Shown: positions 33,894-47,139, counted from the first letter of the stretch. The stretch: 64,000 nucleotides of DNA from an uncultured Actinomyces sp. (GCA_900545825.1 URAS01000002.1:91953-155952), one strand, 5' to 3'. Notes: a model not told the origin generated them from the letters alone. Numbers and translations are program-made.

Positions 33894-34558
33894 GCACCCT
33901 TCACTGCGGTACGGACCAGCACGATGCCGCCCTTGGGGCCGGGGATGGCGCCCGTGAGCAGGAGGACGCCCTTGTCGACGTCGGCAGCCTGGACCGTAAG
34001 GTTTTGGATGGTACGACGCTGGTTACCCATGCGACCCGCCATACGCAGGCCCTTGAACACGCGGCCAGGCGTGGCGCACGCGCCGATCGAACCCGGCTTG
34101 CGGTGGTTGCGGTGGGCACCGTGCGACGCGGAGACACCGGCGAAGCCGTGACGCTTCATGACGCCGGCGAAGCCCTTGCCCTTGGTCGTACCGGTCACGT
34201 CGACCTTGGCGCCAACCTCGAAGGTGTCGGCCGCCAGCTCCTGGCCGAGCGAGTACTCGCCGGCATCGGAGGTGCGGACCTCGACGAGGTGACGCCTGGG
34301 GGCGACACCGGCCTTCTCGAAGTGGCCAGCCAGAGGCTTCGTGACCTTGCGCTTGTCGATCTCGCCAAACGCAATCTGGATCGCTTCATACCCATCGTTC
34401 TCGACAGTACGAATCTGCGAGACGACGTTCTTATCAACCTGCACGACGGTGATCGGGATGAGCTTACCGTCCTCATCCCAGACCTGCGTCATGCCGAGCT
34501 TGCGGCCGAGAAGTGCCTTAACCGGCACTGCGGCAGCCTGCTTCGTATCTGTGCTCAT
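33890..34558 (-). CDS. rplC: 50S ribosomal protein L3
   Basis: ...[26 protein letters not shown]... Confidence 0.93.
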   Translation of the reverse strand: MSTDTKQAAAVPVKALLGRKLGMTQVWDEDGKLIPITVVQVDKNVVSQIRTVENDGYEAIQIAFGEIDKRKVTKPLAGHFEKAGVAPRRHLVEVRTSDAGEYSLGQELAADTFEVGAKVDVTGTTKGKGFAGVMKRHGFAGVSASHGAHRNHRKPGSIGACATPGRVFKGLRMAGRMGNQRRTIQNLTVQAADVDKGVLLLTGAIPGPKGGIVLVRTAVKGA

Positions 34559-34569
34559 TGCGCAGTTCC

Positions 34570-34878
34570 TCAGAGTTTGATCTCGATGTTGACGTCAGCG
34601 GGCAGGTCGAGGCGCATGAGCGAATCGACTGCCTTGGGCGTCGGGTCGATGATGTCGATCAGCCGCTTGTGCGTACGCATCTCAAAGTGCTCGCGGCTGT
34701 CCTTGTACTTGTGCGGCGACCGAATAACGCAGTACACGTTCTTTTCGGTCGGGAGGGGCACCGGACCCACAACGGTGGCGCCGGCGCGCTGGACCGTATC
34801 CACGATCTTGCGAGCTGAGGAGTCGATGACCTCGTGGTCGTACGACTTCAGCCGGATGCGGATCTTCTGTCCCGCCAT
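34570..34878 (-). CDS. rpsJ: 30S ribosomal protein S10
   Basis: [26 protein letters not shown]... First gene of the S10 operon. A 290-bp leader with small hairpins lies upstream. Confidence 0.93.
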   Translation of the reverse strand: MAGQKIRIRLKSYDHEVIDSSARKIVDTVQRAGATVVGPVPLPTEKNVYCVIRSPHKYKDSREHFEMRTHKRLIDIIDPTPKAVDSLMRLDLPADVNIEIKL

Positions 34879-35169
34879 GCCGTTCTACCCTTCTTCTTCT
34901 GGTTCTCTTCCCCGGTCCCCGCTTCCGGGCGTGTCGGCAACTGCTGCTGCGCGCGCTCGGATGAACGATCCGGGATGTGGCTGGCTGACGCCGCCCGCCC
35001 GCCAAGAGGGCGGGTGAGCCGCAAGCCCAAACCGTGCCCACGACGGGCACGAAAGGAAACTTACGGAGCCGAGGAACCACTCTAGCAACGCCCGGACAAG
35101 GAAATCTAGTCGAGGTCGTGTGAAGGCTCCCACGTCCCCGCATCCGGGCGTGTCGCGCCGCCCCCCCGC

Positions 35170-36723
35170 TCAGTATCGCTGGACCTCGCCCATGACGCGC
35201 AGCGCAAAAGTCGCGAGTTTCTCCCACGTGTCGAGCGCCATGAACTCCATCGGCTCGCCCGTCGTCACGTCGGAGCGTGACGTGAGCATCGAACGGGTGT
35301 ATTGGGCGACGGCAGGCCACCCGTGGCGGACCCCGGTCCCGGAGTCGCGCCACCCCTGAATCGGCGCGTTCCATGCGCCCCACGTCATGTGGTAGCCGTC
35401 GTTGATCATGACGACGCCGGCGATGATGGCGTGGCTGACCCGGCGGGCCAGGTCCATGTCGGCGGTGAACACCTGGACGCAGTTGCAGTACTGCGACCGT
35501 TGGATCTCTGCCTTGACGACGGCGGAGTCGGTGAAACGCTCGACAACGAGGACCGGCCCGTACGTTTCTTCATCCCACACGAGGGCGTCGTGGGGCACGT
35601 CGGTCAATACGGTTGGCTCGAAGAACCACGGGCCGAGGTCGCTGCGCGTATGCCCTCCCGTGACGACCTGCGCGCCGCACGCGACGGCGTCGGAGACGTG
35701 GAGGGCGGTGCGCTCGAAGCGCTCCTGCGAATAGAGCGACCCCATCGTCACCATGTGGTCGTAGCGGGCCCCGACGACGATGCGCCGCTCGATGAGGGAC
35801 CGCAGTTGGGAGACGAAGGTGTCGTACACGGCGTCGGCGACGTAGACCTTTTCGGTGTGAACCGACGACTGCCCGGCGTTCATGAAGGCCTGCCAGGCGA
35901 CCGAGCGGACCGCGGTTTCCATGTCGGCGTCGGCAAAGACGATCGCCGGGTTCTTCACCGACATGAACGTCGTCGTCCCGACCCCGGCGTCCTGGGCCCG
36001 TTGGACGAGCGAGACGCCGCGCGCCGTGTTCCCGAAGTAGGTGATGTGGTCGAAGAGGTCGATGTGGTCGATCCCCAACTGCCGCGAATGTGAGGGGATG
36101 ACCTGCCACATGGCGGCTGGCACGCCGGCGGCGATCGCCAGCTGGCGGGTGGCTTCGGCGGCCGGATAGGCCTGGTTGGGAACGAATTGAACAATGCCGT
36201 TCCCGGCGACGATCGCGGGGAACACGTCGGCGGCGCCATACGAGAGGCCGTAGTCGCCCAGCGTGAAGAACCCGATGACCCCCATCGGCATGTAGTGCTG
36301 CCACACTGTCGTGACGAGCGGAAGGGCGCCGCAATTCCGCTGGCCACGCGACACTTTGGGGAGGGCCGAGGCGTGCTGGAGCGGCGAGTTGATCATGTCG
36401 GCCCACTGGTCGAACGCGTCGTAGCGCGACGAGCCACAGAACACCTGCACCATGCGGATGATCTTCTCGCGGTGGTGCTGGACCAGCCGGGCGAAGCGGT
36501 TCGCCGAGCGCCACCGCGTCTCACGGGGCAACTCCGCCCACTGGCGCTGCCCCTCGCGAGCCCGCTCGACGGCACGGGCGACGTCGGCCGGGGAGGCTTC
36601 GTTAAAGGTGACGAGCGGCCGACCGGTCCAGATCTCGTCGGCGTGGGTCTGCGGCCCGGAAAACGCTCGGGCGGGCGCGACGAGCGAGTCTAAGAATTCA
36701 AGGGGTATTCCCGTCGACCTCAT
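35170..36723 (-). CDS. ALDH-superfamily protein lacking the canonical catalytic residues (predicted non-catalytic or repurposed), paralog 1
   Basis: 517 aa (ATG after GAGAGGAAG). ALDH-fold landmarks are present (DEETYGPVLVVERF ~ EEIFGPV; ITYFGNTARG ~ FTGSTEVG). However the ELGGKSP general-base box reads FMSVKNP and the FFNQGQCC Cys box reads FMNAGQSSV. Confidence 0.7.
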   Translation of the reverse strand: MRSTGIPLEFLDSLVAPARAFSGPQTHADEIWTGRPLVTFNEASPADVARAVERAREGQRQWAELPRETRWRSANRFARLVQHHREKIIRMVQVFCGSSRYDAFDQWADMINSPLQHASALPKVSRGQRNCGALPLVTTVWQHYMPMGVIGFFTLGDYGLSYGAADVFPAIVAGNGIVQFVPNQAYPAAEATRQLAIAAGVPAAMWQVIPSHSRQLGIDHIDLFDHITYFGNTARGVSLVQRAQDAGVGTTTFMSVKNPAIVFADADMETAVRSVAWQAFMNAGQSSVHTEKVYVADAVYDTFVSQLRSLIERRIVVGARYDHMVTMGSLYSQERFERTALHVSDAVACGAQVVTGGHTRSDLGPWFFEPTVLTDVPHDALVWDEETYGPVLVVERFTDSAVVKAEIQRSQYCNCVQVFTADMDLARRVSHAIIAGVVMINDGYHMTWGAWNAPIQGWRDSGTGVRHGWPAVAQYTRSMLTSRSDVTTGEPMEFMALDTWEKLATFALRVMGEVQRY

Positions 36724-36989
36724 CGTCGCTTCCTCTCTGCCTGGGGGCTGGGCAAATGTGACCCTGATGTTCAGTCAGGGTAGCAAAAGAGGAATACTCA
36801 CATAGCGGATACCGGAACGTGGTCCGGGGCACACGGCCGGACCGACGCCAGGGCCATGGCGAGAGCGACGGGCGGGTAAGGTCATCCTCGCAGGCCACGG
36901 GTAGGGACGCGGCGCGAAGCCGCCGGACAAACCGAGCACTCCCCACCGGACAGTGAGCGCTATCACATGGCGAGGGCGGGCTGGGGTGC

Positions 36990-38543
36990 CTAGTAGGTGT
37001 GGAAGTGGTCGCAGAACCTGAGGATCCTCCACGAGAGCTTCTCCCAGTTTTCCAGGGACATGTTCTCGTGGGGCTCGCCCGTGTAGCCGTACGAGCGCGA
37101 CGTGATCATCGACCGCGTGTATTGGCGCACGGCCGGCCAGCCGTGGCGCACGCCCGTGCCCGAATCACGCCAGCCCTGGACCGGCGCGTTCCATGCGCCC
37201 CACACCGAGTGGTAGCCGTCGTTAATGGCGACGAGGCCCGCGGGAACCGACTTGCTGATGCGCCGCGCCTTGGCGAAGTCGCTGGTGATGAGCTGGAGGC
37301 CCGAGCAGTACTGCGTCTGCCGCAGCTCGTCGAGGACCTCGTCCAGGTCGGTGAACCGTTCGACGATGAGCAGAGGCCCATAGGTTTCCTCGTCCCACGC
37401 GAGGGCGTGGTGGGGGACGTTGGCGAGGATCGTCGGCTCGTGGAACCACGGGCCGATGTCGGGCCTCGCCTTGCCGCCGGTCACGAGGTCGGCCCCGCAC
37501 ACGAGGGCGTCGTCGATGTGGGCGACCAGCCGGTCGAGGCGATCCTGGGAGTACAGCGACCCCATCGTCGCGCGGTGGTCGTAGCGGGCGCCGACGACGA
37601 TGCGCCGTTCGACCAGCGACTTCAGCCGCAGCATGAACTGGTCGTACACCTCCGCGGCAACGTAGACCTTCTCGATGTGGACCAACGACTGCCCGGCGTT
37701 CATGAACGACTGGTAGGCGACGGACCGCACGGCCGTCGCGAGGTCGGCGTCGGCGCACACGACCGACGGGTTGAGGACCGACATGAACATCGACGTCGAC
37801 GCGGAGGCGTCGTGGGCGTCCTGCATGACTGACACGCCCTTGGCCGTGTTGCCGATGTAGGTGATGTGGTCGAACAGCGGGATGTGGTCGATGCCTAGGC
37901 GCCGCGAATGCGACGGCATGACCTACCACATGTCGTTGGGCACGCCGGCCGCGATCGCCAGCTCCCGCATCGCCATCGCCGCGGGATAGGCCTGGTTGGG
38001 GACGAACTGGACGACGCCGTTGCCGGCCACGATGATCGGGAGGACGTCGACCGGGCCGTACGAGATCGGATAGTCGGCCAGCGTAAAGATCGCGATGACG
38101 CCGAGCGGCATGTACTCGCGGCGCACCGTCGAGATCAGCGGGATCGAGCCATAGTGGGTGTCCGGCGCCATGGCGCGCCGCATGGCCTGCGAGAACTGCA
38201 TGGCCGAGTTGTAGGCGTCCTCGAACTGGTCAAACGCGTCGAACCGGGACTGCCCGCCGGTGACCTGGAGGAGGCGGACGAGCCTTTCGCGGTGCCGGGA
38301 GATGAGGCCGGCGTAGCGGCGGACAATCCGCCACCTGGCATCCATCGACAGCTTGAGCCATTCCTGTTGCCCGGCGCGGGCGGCGTCGACGGCCCGCAAC
38401 ACGTCGAGGGGGGCCGCCTCCTGGAATGTCGCCAGCGGTCGGCCCGTCCACACCTGGACCGACGTCGCCTGCTGCCCACCGTACTCCTTAGCCGGCTCGA
38501 CGAGCCGATGGAAGAAGCTGCTGGGGATTCCGGGGGAAATCAT
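36990..38543 (-). pseudogene. ALDH-superfamily paralog 2 (517 codons, same degenerate active site), interrupted by an in-frame TAG at 37923-37925
   Basis: The two ORFs 37923..38543 and 36990..37919 are in the same frame: ...AGVPNDMW*VMPSHSRRLGIDHI versus paralog 1 ...AGVPAAMWQVIPSHSRQLGIDHI (CAG to TAG). The Cys box reads FMNAGQSLVH. Confidence 0.6.
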
Positions 38544-38640
38544 GCGTCAACTCCATTCTGCCGATGGCACCACGCAACACTGCCAACTCATGACGCTGTC
38601 TTCCAGCATCGTACACGCGTCGCGCAGAAGTGCCCACAGG

Positions 38641-38683
38641 AACAGGGGCGGACCTGCTCTGAATGAGCAGGTCCGCCCCTGTT
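38641..38683 (-). terminator. GC-rich 19-bp hairpin downstream of tuf, acting as a U-tract-poor intrinsic terminator; on the plus strand it is followed by TTTT
   Basis: AACAGGGGCGGACCTGCTC-tgaat-GAGCAGGTCCGCCCCTGTT. Confidence 0.55.
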
Positions 38684-38710
38684 TTAGACTAGGTTGACCC
38701 TAGGTGACGA

Positions 38711-39901
38711 TCACAGATCGATCTTCGTCACACGGCCCGAACCGACCGTGCGGCCACCCTCGCGGATAGCGAAGCCGAGGCCGACCTCCATGGCGATCGG
38801 CTGAATGAGCTCAACCGTGATCTCCGTGGTGTCGCCGGGCATAACCATCTGCGTGTCCTCGGGCAGCGTGATAACGCCCGTGACGTCGGTGGTGCGGAAG
38901 TAGAACTGCGGACGGTAGTTCGAGAAGAACGCCTTGTGACGGCCGCCCTCTTCCTTCTTGAGGATGTAGACCTGGCCCTCGAACTTCGTGTGCGTCGTGA
39001 CCGAACCCGGGGCGCAGACAACCTGGCCACGCTCGACCTCTTCGCGCTTGATGCCGCGCAGCAGCAGGCCGGAGTTGTCGCCAGCCTGGCACTCGTCCTG
39101 CGACTTGTGGAAGGTCTCGATGCCGGTGACCGTCGTGTGCTGCGGCTCGCGGATACCGAGGATGTCGACCTCGGAGTTCAGGGCCAGCTTGCCACGCTCG
39201 ATACGGCCGGTGACGACCGTGCCACGACCGGTGATCGTGAAGACGTCCTCGATCGGCATGAGGAACGGCTTGTCGAGGTCGCGCTGCGGCTCCGGGATGT
39301 AGGTGTCGACCGCGTCCATGAGGTCCTCGATCGCCTTCGTCCACTTCGGGTCGCCCTCGAGCGCCTTGAGCGCCGAAACGCGGATAACCGGAGCGTTCTC
39401 GCCGTCGAAGCCCTGGGACGAGAGGAGGTCACGGACCTCTTCCTCGACCAGTTCGAGCATCTCTTCGTCGTCGACCATGTCGGCCTTGTTGAGGGCGACG
39501 AGGATCGCCGGGACGCCCACCTGGCGGGCGAGCAGAACGTGCTCGCGCGTCTGGGCCATCGGGCCGTCGGTGGCGGCGACAACGAGGATCGCGCCGTCCA
39601 TCTGGGCCGCACCGGTGATCATGTTCTTGATGTAGTCGGCGTGGCCGGGGGCGTCAACGTGAGCGTAGTGACGCTTCTCGGTCTCGTACTCGACGTGCGA
39701 AACGTTGATCGTGATGCCACGGTCGCGCTCTTCAGGAGCGTTGTCGACCTGGTCGAACGGGGTGAACTCGTTGAGATCGGGGTACTTGTCGTGAAGCACC
39801 TTGGTGATCGCCGCGGTCAGCGTCGTCTTGCCGTGGTCAACGTGACCGATGGTGCCGACGTTGACGTGCGGCTTGGTGCGTTCAAACTTGGCCTTAGCCA
39901 C
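38711..39901 (-). CDS. tuf: Elongation factor Tu
   Basis: [32 protein letters not shown]... 396 aa. Confidence 0.97.
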   Translation of the reverse strand: MAKAKFERTKPHVNVGTIGHVDHGKTTLTAAITKVLHDKYPDLNEFTPFDQVDNAPEERDRGITINVSHVEYETEKRHYAHVDAPGHADYIKNMITGAAQMDGAILVVAATDGPMAQTREHVLLARQVGVPAILVALNKADMVDDEEMLELVEEEVRDLLSSQGFDGENAPVIRVSALKALEGDPKWTKAIEDLMDAVDTYIPEPQRDLDKPFLMPIEDVFTITGRGTVVTGRIERGKLALNSEVDILGIREPQHTTVTGIETFHKSQDECQAGDNSGLLLRGIKREEVERGQVVCAPGSVTTHTKFEGQVYILKKEEGGRHKAFFSNYRPQFYFRTTDVTGVITLPEDTQMVMPGDTTEITVELIQPIAMEVGLGFAIREGGRTVGSGRVTKIDL

Positions 39902-40035
39902 TGTTGTGTCCTCCTGGACTCGGGTAGTTGTCTCTCGCCTTCAGATCCTAACACCCACTGGCGAGCGATTTCCTACGGGTTTTTGTCTTTCACTTGGGGA
40001 AGAGGGTGAGGTGTGTGTCACCACACCCGTATCAA

Positions 40036-42153
<2,118 letters not shown>

Positions 42154-42198
42154 AAATCGTCCTTAATCTCGAAAGTGGAGAATCGATTTCCGCGACGA

Positions 42199-42669
42199 CT
42201 ACCAGCGGTAGTGCGCGAACGCCTTGTTGGACTCGGCCATCTTGTGCGTGGTCTCGCGACGGCGGACCGCGGCACCCAGGCCGTTGGAGGCATCGAGGAT
42301 CTCGTTCATCAGACGCTCGGTCATCGTCTTCTCGCGGCGCTCGCGCGAGTAGTCGACCAGCCAGCGCAGCGCCAGCGTCGTGGCGCGGGACGGACGAACC
42401 TCAACGGGGATCTGGTAGGTCGCACCACCGACGCGGCGCGAACGCACCTCGAGGGCGGGGCGAATGTTGTCGAGAGCCCGCTTGAGGACGACGACCGGAT
42501 CCTGGTCCGTCTTCTCGCGGACGCCCTCGAGGGCGTTGTAGACGATGCGCTCGGCCAGCGACTTCTTGCCGTCGAGGAGAACGCGGTTGACGAGCTGCGA
42601 GACCAGGGTCGATTCGTAGACCGGGTCGACTGCGAGCGGGCGCTTGGGAGCGGGGCCCTTACGAGGCAT
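42199..42669 (-). CDS. rpsG: 30S ribosomal protein S7
   Basis: [28 protein letters not shown]... Confidence 0.93.
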   Translation of the reverse strand: MPRKGPAPKRPLAVDPVYESTLVSQLVNRVLLDGKKSLAERIVYNALEGVREKTDQDPVVVLKRALDNIRPALEVRSRRVGGATYQIPVEVRPSRATTLALRWLVDYSRERREKTMTERLMNEILDASNGLGAAVRRRETTHKMAESNKAFAHYRW

Positions 42670-43043
42670 TACTTCTTCTCCTTCTTCGCGCCGTACTTGG
42701 AACGGCCCTGCTGGCGGTCACGCACACCCTGCGTGTCCAGCGAGCCGCGAACGATGTGGAAACGCACACCGGGCAGGTCCTTCACACGACCACCGCGGAC
42801 GAGCACGATCGAGTGCTCCTGGAGGTTGTGGCCCTCGCCGGGAATGTACGCGGTGACCTCGATACCCGAGGACAGACGCACACGCGCGACCTTACGGAGG
42901 GCCGAGTTCGGCTTCTTCGGGGTGGTCGTGTACACGCGCGTGCACACGCCACGACGCTGCGGCGAGCCCTTCAGGGCGCGAGTCTTGGACTTCGCGACCT
43001 TCGAGCTGCGCCCCTTGCGGACGAGCTGCTGAATAGTAGGCAC
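42669..43043 (-). CDS. rpsL: 30S ribosomal protein S12
   Basis: Conserved from (V)[11 protein letters not shown]...[24 protein letters not shown]. The start is called at the GTG at 43043 (124 aa); the ORF track's ATG at 43139 would add an atypical 32-aa extension. Confidence 0.85.
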   Translation of the reverse strand: MPTIQQLVRKGRSSKVAKSKTRALKGSPQRRGVCTRVYTTTPKKPNSALRKVARVRLSSGIEVTAYIPGEGHNLQEHSIVLVRGGRVKDLPGVRFHIVRGSLDTQGVRDRQQGRSKYGAKKEKK

Positions 43044-43331
43044 TACTTTTCCGTCTTTCTTTTGACTGCTACCTTCTCGGAACTTTTTGTCCACGCCGAG
43101 CCGATTGGAAGCATTGTGTGGGCCCCTTGAAGCGGGCACACGTCACCGCCAGGGGCCGGCCCGCCTTGAAAAGACGTCCGGAGCTCCGACGGAGGGAGCC
43201 CGCTGCTGCCACCTTGGGCAGCTGAAAAGGGGCCCGCCGACGCGGGCACCGCCGACAACTCTAGGGGGAATGGGCCGGTCGGGTCAATGTGAGGACGCCC
43301 CGGTGTGAGGGGACTCATGTCACACAATCGC

Positions 43332-43400
43332 GAAACGCCCACCCCGTTCGCCATTTCTGCCCGATAACCGGGAATCGATAGCCGATGGGGTGAGCGTTCC
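43332..43400. repeat. Copy C of a ~70-80 bp repeat family bounded by the inverted repeats GAAACGC(Y)CACC ... GGTGAGCGTT(Y)C
   Basis: CGAAACGCCCACC...CATTTCTGCCCGATAACCGGGA...GGGGTGAGCGTTCC. Aligns with copies A and B. Confidence 0.5.
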
Positions 43401-43509
43401 GGGGGTCCGAAGACCCAACACAGGCCAGGGGCGCCAAGGGAATACCGAGATCTCTCGCTCCCTCGTTGGAGGGGATTGTCGCGCCCTCGCCTGCGGTCTG
43501 GGTGGCCTC

Positions 43510-45393
43510 CTAGGCCGGGTAGATCCCCTCGAAGAAGTCGGCGAGCCGCTCGGGTTCACTGAGCGGGACGATCGCCGCGACATACATGTCGGGGCGCACG
43601 GCGATGGCGACGCCGCCGCGGTCGATCTCGCGCTCGGCGAAGATGTCGACGTCCTCGGTAATCCCGAAGACTTTTTCGAGGTTGATGAGCCCCAGCGGCC
43701 CCGTGACCGGCTTAAACAGGTCGGGCACGTCGTTGGGGTCGATGTCGTGGTGATCCTGCTGATAGATGACCTTGACGTCAAAGAGGGCGTCGAGGTCGTC
43801 GCCCTCGCGGCGGGTCGTAAGGATCGGCGAGCGGTCGTTCGACGCCATCCACTCGGCCCACGCGCGCAGCACCGAATCCTTGGCCTCGGCGGGCGCCGAG
43901 TCGGCGAACGCGTAGATCCGCCAGCGCCCGTCGGCCTCGTGGAGATGGCCCAGCTGCTTGGGGTTCGCGTCGCAGCGGCGGCCGACCTCGGCCGACTTGA
44001 AGCGCTTGCCCAGCGGGAAACCCTTGGCGAGGTCGGTCGCCGAGTCGCCGAAGGTGAGGACCGAAGGGCGGTACTGCGTCATGAAGCCGGCCGGGAACTC
44101 CGCGGTCTGGACGTAGAAGTCCTCGATGCTCAAGCCGTCCTCTTCCTTGACCATCATCGACGACCAGCGCGAGTCAAAGTCGATGAGGTCCTGGGCGATC
44201 TGCTGCCGCTCGGCCGTGTAGGTTCCCAGCAGTGAGCCGGGCGCGCGGCCGGTGAGGACATGCCCGAGCTTCCAGCCCAGGTTAAAGGCGTCCTGCATCG
44301 ACACGTTCATCCCCTGCCCCGCCTTCGCCGAGTGCGTGTGGCACGCGTCGCCGGCGATAAAGACGTGCGGGTCGCGGGTGCCGGCCTCCTCGACCGGGAT
44401 CTCGTCGAACCGGTCGGTCACGCGGTGACCCACCTCGTAGACGGACCACCAGGCGACCTCGCGGACGTCGAGCGTGTAAGGCGAGAGGATCGCGTTGGCG
44501 CGGCGGATGATCTCCTCGATCGGGGTCTCGCGCACCTTGTGGTGGTCGGCCTGCGTCTGATCGCCGAGGTCGACGTAGATGCGGGCGAGGTAGCCGCCCT
44601 CGCGGGGAATGTGGAGGATCGAGCCGTGCGTCGACTGGATGATCGCCTTGTTACGAATGTCCGGGAAGTCGGTGTTCGACAGGACGTCCATGACGCCCCA
44701 CGCATGCATCTGTGCCTTGCCCAGGTGGCGGGCACCGATCGCCCGACGCACCCGCGAATGCGCACCATCCCCGCCGAACAGGTACTTCGTCCGCACGGTG
44801 AACTGCTCACCATCGTGGTCGCCACCCACGTGCGCCACCGTCGCCAGCACCGGATACTCGGCGCCCTCGTCAAACTCGAGGTCGACGAACTCGTAGCCGT
44901 AATACGGCTTCAAGCGGGCCGGCGAGTAGCGTTCGGCGCGCTCGCGGAAGTAGTCGAGGATGCGCGCCTGGTTGATGATGAGGTGGGGGAACTCCGAGAT
45001 CCCCATGGGGTCGTCGGGCGTGCGCGTCGTGCGGACGATGTGGTCGGGGTTGTCCGGATCCGGCTTCCAGAAGGACGTCTCGGTGATCCGGTAGGCCTCG
45101 GCTTTGACTTCCTCGGCGAAGCCGAACGCCTGGAACGTCTCGACGCTGCGCTGCTGGACGCCGTCGGCGTGGCCGAGGACCAGACGGCCCTCGCGCTTTT
45201 CAATCATGGCCGTCCGCACCGTCGGGAAGTCCGCCAGCTGCGAGAACATGAGCATTCCCGCGGGGCCGGACCCCACAATGAGGACGTCGAGTTCGGTGGG
45301 CAGGGTGTCGGGGCGTTCCTCGAGGCCGACTCCGGCGGCGGGCTTGACCCGCGGATCCGTCGACACATACCCGTAGTGGTGAAATTGCTGCAT
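43510..45393 (-). CDS. FAD-dependent aromatic ring hydroxylase of the phenol 2-monooxygenase family with a C-terminal thioredoxin-like domain; candidate hydroxyphenylacetate hydroxylase
   Basis: 627 aa with VLIVGSGPAGM (GxGxxG), GDACHTHSAKAGQGMN (the DG/GD motifs of group A flavin monooxygenases) and a ~170-aa C-terminal extension. Confidence 0.7.
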   Translation of the reverse strand: MQQFHHYGYVSTDPRVKPAAGVGLEERPDTLPTELDVLIVGSGPAGMLMFSQLADFPTVRTAMIEKREGRLVLGHADGVQQRSVETFQAFGFAEEVKAEAYRITETSFWKPDPDNPDHIVRTTRTPDDPMGISEFPHLIINQARILDYFRERAERYSPARLKPYYGYEFVDLEFDEGAEYPVLATVAHVGGDHDGEQFTVRTKYLFGGDGAHSRVRRAIGARHLGKAQMHAWGVMDVLSNTDFPDIRNKAIIQSTHGSILHIPREGGYLARIYVDLGDQTQADHHKVRETPIEEIIRRANAILSPYTLDVREVAWWSVYEVGHRVTDRFDEIPVEEAGTRDPHVFIAGDACHTHSAKAGQGMNVSMQDAFNLGWKLGHVLTGRAPGSLLGTYTAERQQIAQDLIDFDSRWSSMMVKEEDGLSIEDFYVQTAEFPAGFMTQYRPSVLTFGDSATDLAKGFPLGKRFKSAEVGRRCDANPKQLGHLHEADGRWRIYAFADSAPAEAKDSVLRAWAEWMASNDRSPILTTRREGDDLDALFDVKVIYQQDHHDIDPNDVPDLFKPVTGPLGLINLEKVFGITEDVDIFAEREIDRGGVAIAVRPDMYVAAIVPLSEPERLADFFEGIYPA

Positions 45394-45561
45394 GGTCGCT
45401 CCTCACAACCTTGTGGGGTGATCTACCAGCACGATCATATATGCTTCCAGATAGGATGCCAAGAGTTTGGGCGACTTTTCCGCAGCCCCTCCCCCGAGAC
45501 GGCGGATCGTGTATGATTTCGGATAGGATTATGTATCCCGTAGCAGACCCAAGGAGGCGTT

Positions 45562-46347
45562 ATGCTCACCGACTCGCAGATCACCCGTATCGCCGATGAC
45601 CTCCTCGAGGCCCATCGCACCCGCACCCCGATCCCCCTGCTCACCAAGCGTTTCGACGGCATGGAGGTCGCCGACTCGTACGCCGTCCAGCGGCTGTGGG
45701 CCCAGCGGACCCGCGACGCCGGGCGCACGCTCGTCGGCCGCAAGATCGGCCTGACGTCGAAGGCCATGCAGGACGCCACGGGCATCACCGAGCCCGACTA
45801 CGGGGTCATTTTCGACGACATGGTCTTCGAGTCGGGCTGCGAGGTCGACTGGGGCCGCTACACCCACCCCCGCATCGAGGTCGAGCTGGCGTTCGTCCTC
45901 GGGAAGGACGTCACCGGGCCCGCGGCGACGGTGTTCGACGTCCTCGACGCGACCGAATGGGTGACGCCGGCGCTCGAGATCCTCGACTCGCGCATCGAGA
46001 TGGAGGGCCGGACGATCGTCGACACGATCGCCGACAACGCGGCGATGGGCGCGATGGTCGTCGGCGGCCGCCCGATGCGGGTCGACCAGCTGGATCTGCG
46101 CTGGGTCGGCGCGATGCTCTACCGCAACCAGACGATCGAGGAGACGGGCGTGGCCGGCGGCGTCCTCGGGCATCCGGCGAACGGCGTCGCGTGGCTGGCG
46201 AACAAGATCGCGCCGCACGGCGACCACCTGCACGCCGGCGAGATCATCCTCGCCGGGTCGTTCACGCGGCCGATGTGGGTCTACGAGGGCGACTCGGTGG
46301 TCGCCGACTACGGGCGAATGGGGACGGTGACATGCCAGTTCAACTGA
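45562..46347 (+). CDS. hpaH: 2-oxo-hept-4-ene-1,7-dioate / 2-keto-4-pentenoate hydratase (MhpD/HpaH family)
   Basis: 261 aa (RBS AAGGAGG) with [14 protein letters not shown] and [12 protein letters not shown] motifs. Confidence 0.8.
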   Translation: MLTDSQITRIADDLLEAHRTRTPIPLLTKRFDGMEVADSYAVQRLWAQRTRDAGRTLVGRKIGLTSKAMQDATGITEPDYGVIFDDMVFESGCEVDWGRYTHPRIEVELAFVLGKDVTGPAATVFDVLDATEWVTPALEILDSRIEMEGRTIVDTIADNAAMGAMVVGGRPMRVDQLDLRWVGAMLYRNQTIEETGVAGGVLGHPANGVAWLANKIAPHGDHLHAGEIILAGSFTRPMWVYEGDSVVADYGRMGTVTCQFN

Positions 46348-47123
46348 GCACTTCTCGCACGCTGATCGCCCACCTGGCCGAGGCGGGGCGCCCGCTGGCC
46401 GGCATGTGGGTGTGTTCGGCCTCGCCGATCGCCGCGGAGATTTGCGCGGGATCCGGCCTCGACTACGTGCTGATCGACGCCGAGCATTCGCCGAATGACC
46501 TCTCGACACTGTTGCCGCAGCTGCACGCGTGCGCGGCGTACCCGGCGACGACGATCGTCAGGGTGCCGTACAACGACGAACGCCTCATCAAGCAGTTCCT
46601 GGACCTCGGTGTCGTTAACCTGTTGGTCCCTATGGTGCACACGGCCGAGCAGGCGCGCGCCGCCGTCGCGCGCGTCACCTATCCGCCGGAGGGCGTGCGC
46701 GGTGTCGGGTCGGCGCTGGCGCGGGCGTCGCGGTGGAATCGCGTGCCGAATTACCTGGCGAGGGCGCGCGAGACGATTTCGCTGATCCTCCAGATCGAGT
46801 CGGGCCAGGCCTGCGAGAACGTCGACGAGATCGCGGCGGTCGAGGGCGTCGACGCCCTCTTCGTGGGGCCGGCGGATTTGGCGGGCGACCTCGGGCTGCT
46901 GGGTCAGGCCGAGGACGAGGCCGTCGTCGAGCGGGTGCTCGCCTGCATCGAGGCGGGCCACCGCGCGGGCAAGCCGGTGGGGACGAACGCGTTTAACCCG
47001 GAGATGGCCAGGCGGTATTTCGAGGCTGGGGCGGACTTCGTCCTCGTGGGGGCGGACGTCACGCTGCTGGCGAGGGCCAGCGAGAAGTTGGCGGACGACT
47101 ACCTGCCGACGCTCGGCGGCTAG
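46332..47123 (+). CDS. hpaI: HpcH/HpaI-family aldolase (4-hydroxy-2-oxoheptanedioate aldolase)
   Basis: 263 aa. The ATG at 46332 overlaps the hydratase gene end by 16 nt. Contains LIDAEHSPND and LQIESGQA. Confidence 0.8.
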   Translation: MPVQLSTSRTLIAHLAEAGRPLAGMWVCSASPIAAEICAGSGLDYVLIDAEHSPNDLSTLLPQLHACAAYPATTIVRVPYNDERLIKQFLDLGVVNLLVPMVHTAEQARAAVARVTYPPEGVRGVGSALARASRWNRVPNYLARARETISLILQIESGQACENVDEIAAVEGVDALFVGPADLAGDLGLLGQAEDEAVVERVLACIEAGHRAGKPVGTNAFNPEMARRYFEAGADFVLVGADVTLLARASEKLADDYLPTLGG

Positions 47124-47139
47124 AGCCGCCCTCTTACGC

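Noticed and set aside
42669-43139. 156-aa S12 with a 32-aa N-terminal extension
   Set aside because: Universal S12 starts at [11 protein letters not shown], and a GTG at 43043 gives the canonical 124-aa protein. The ATG start is kept as a low-probability alternative.
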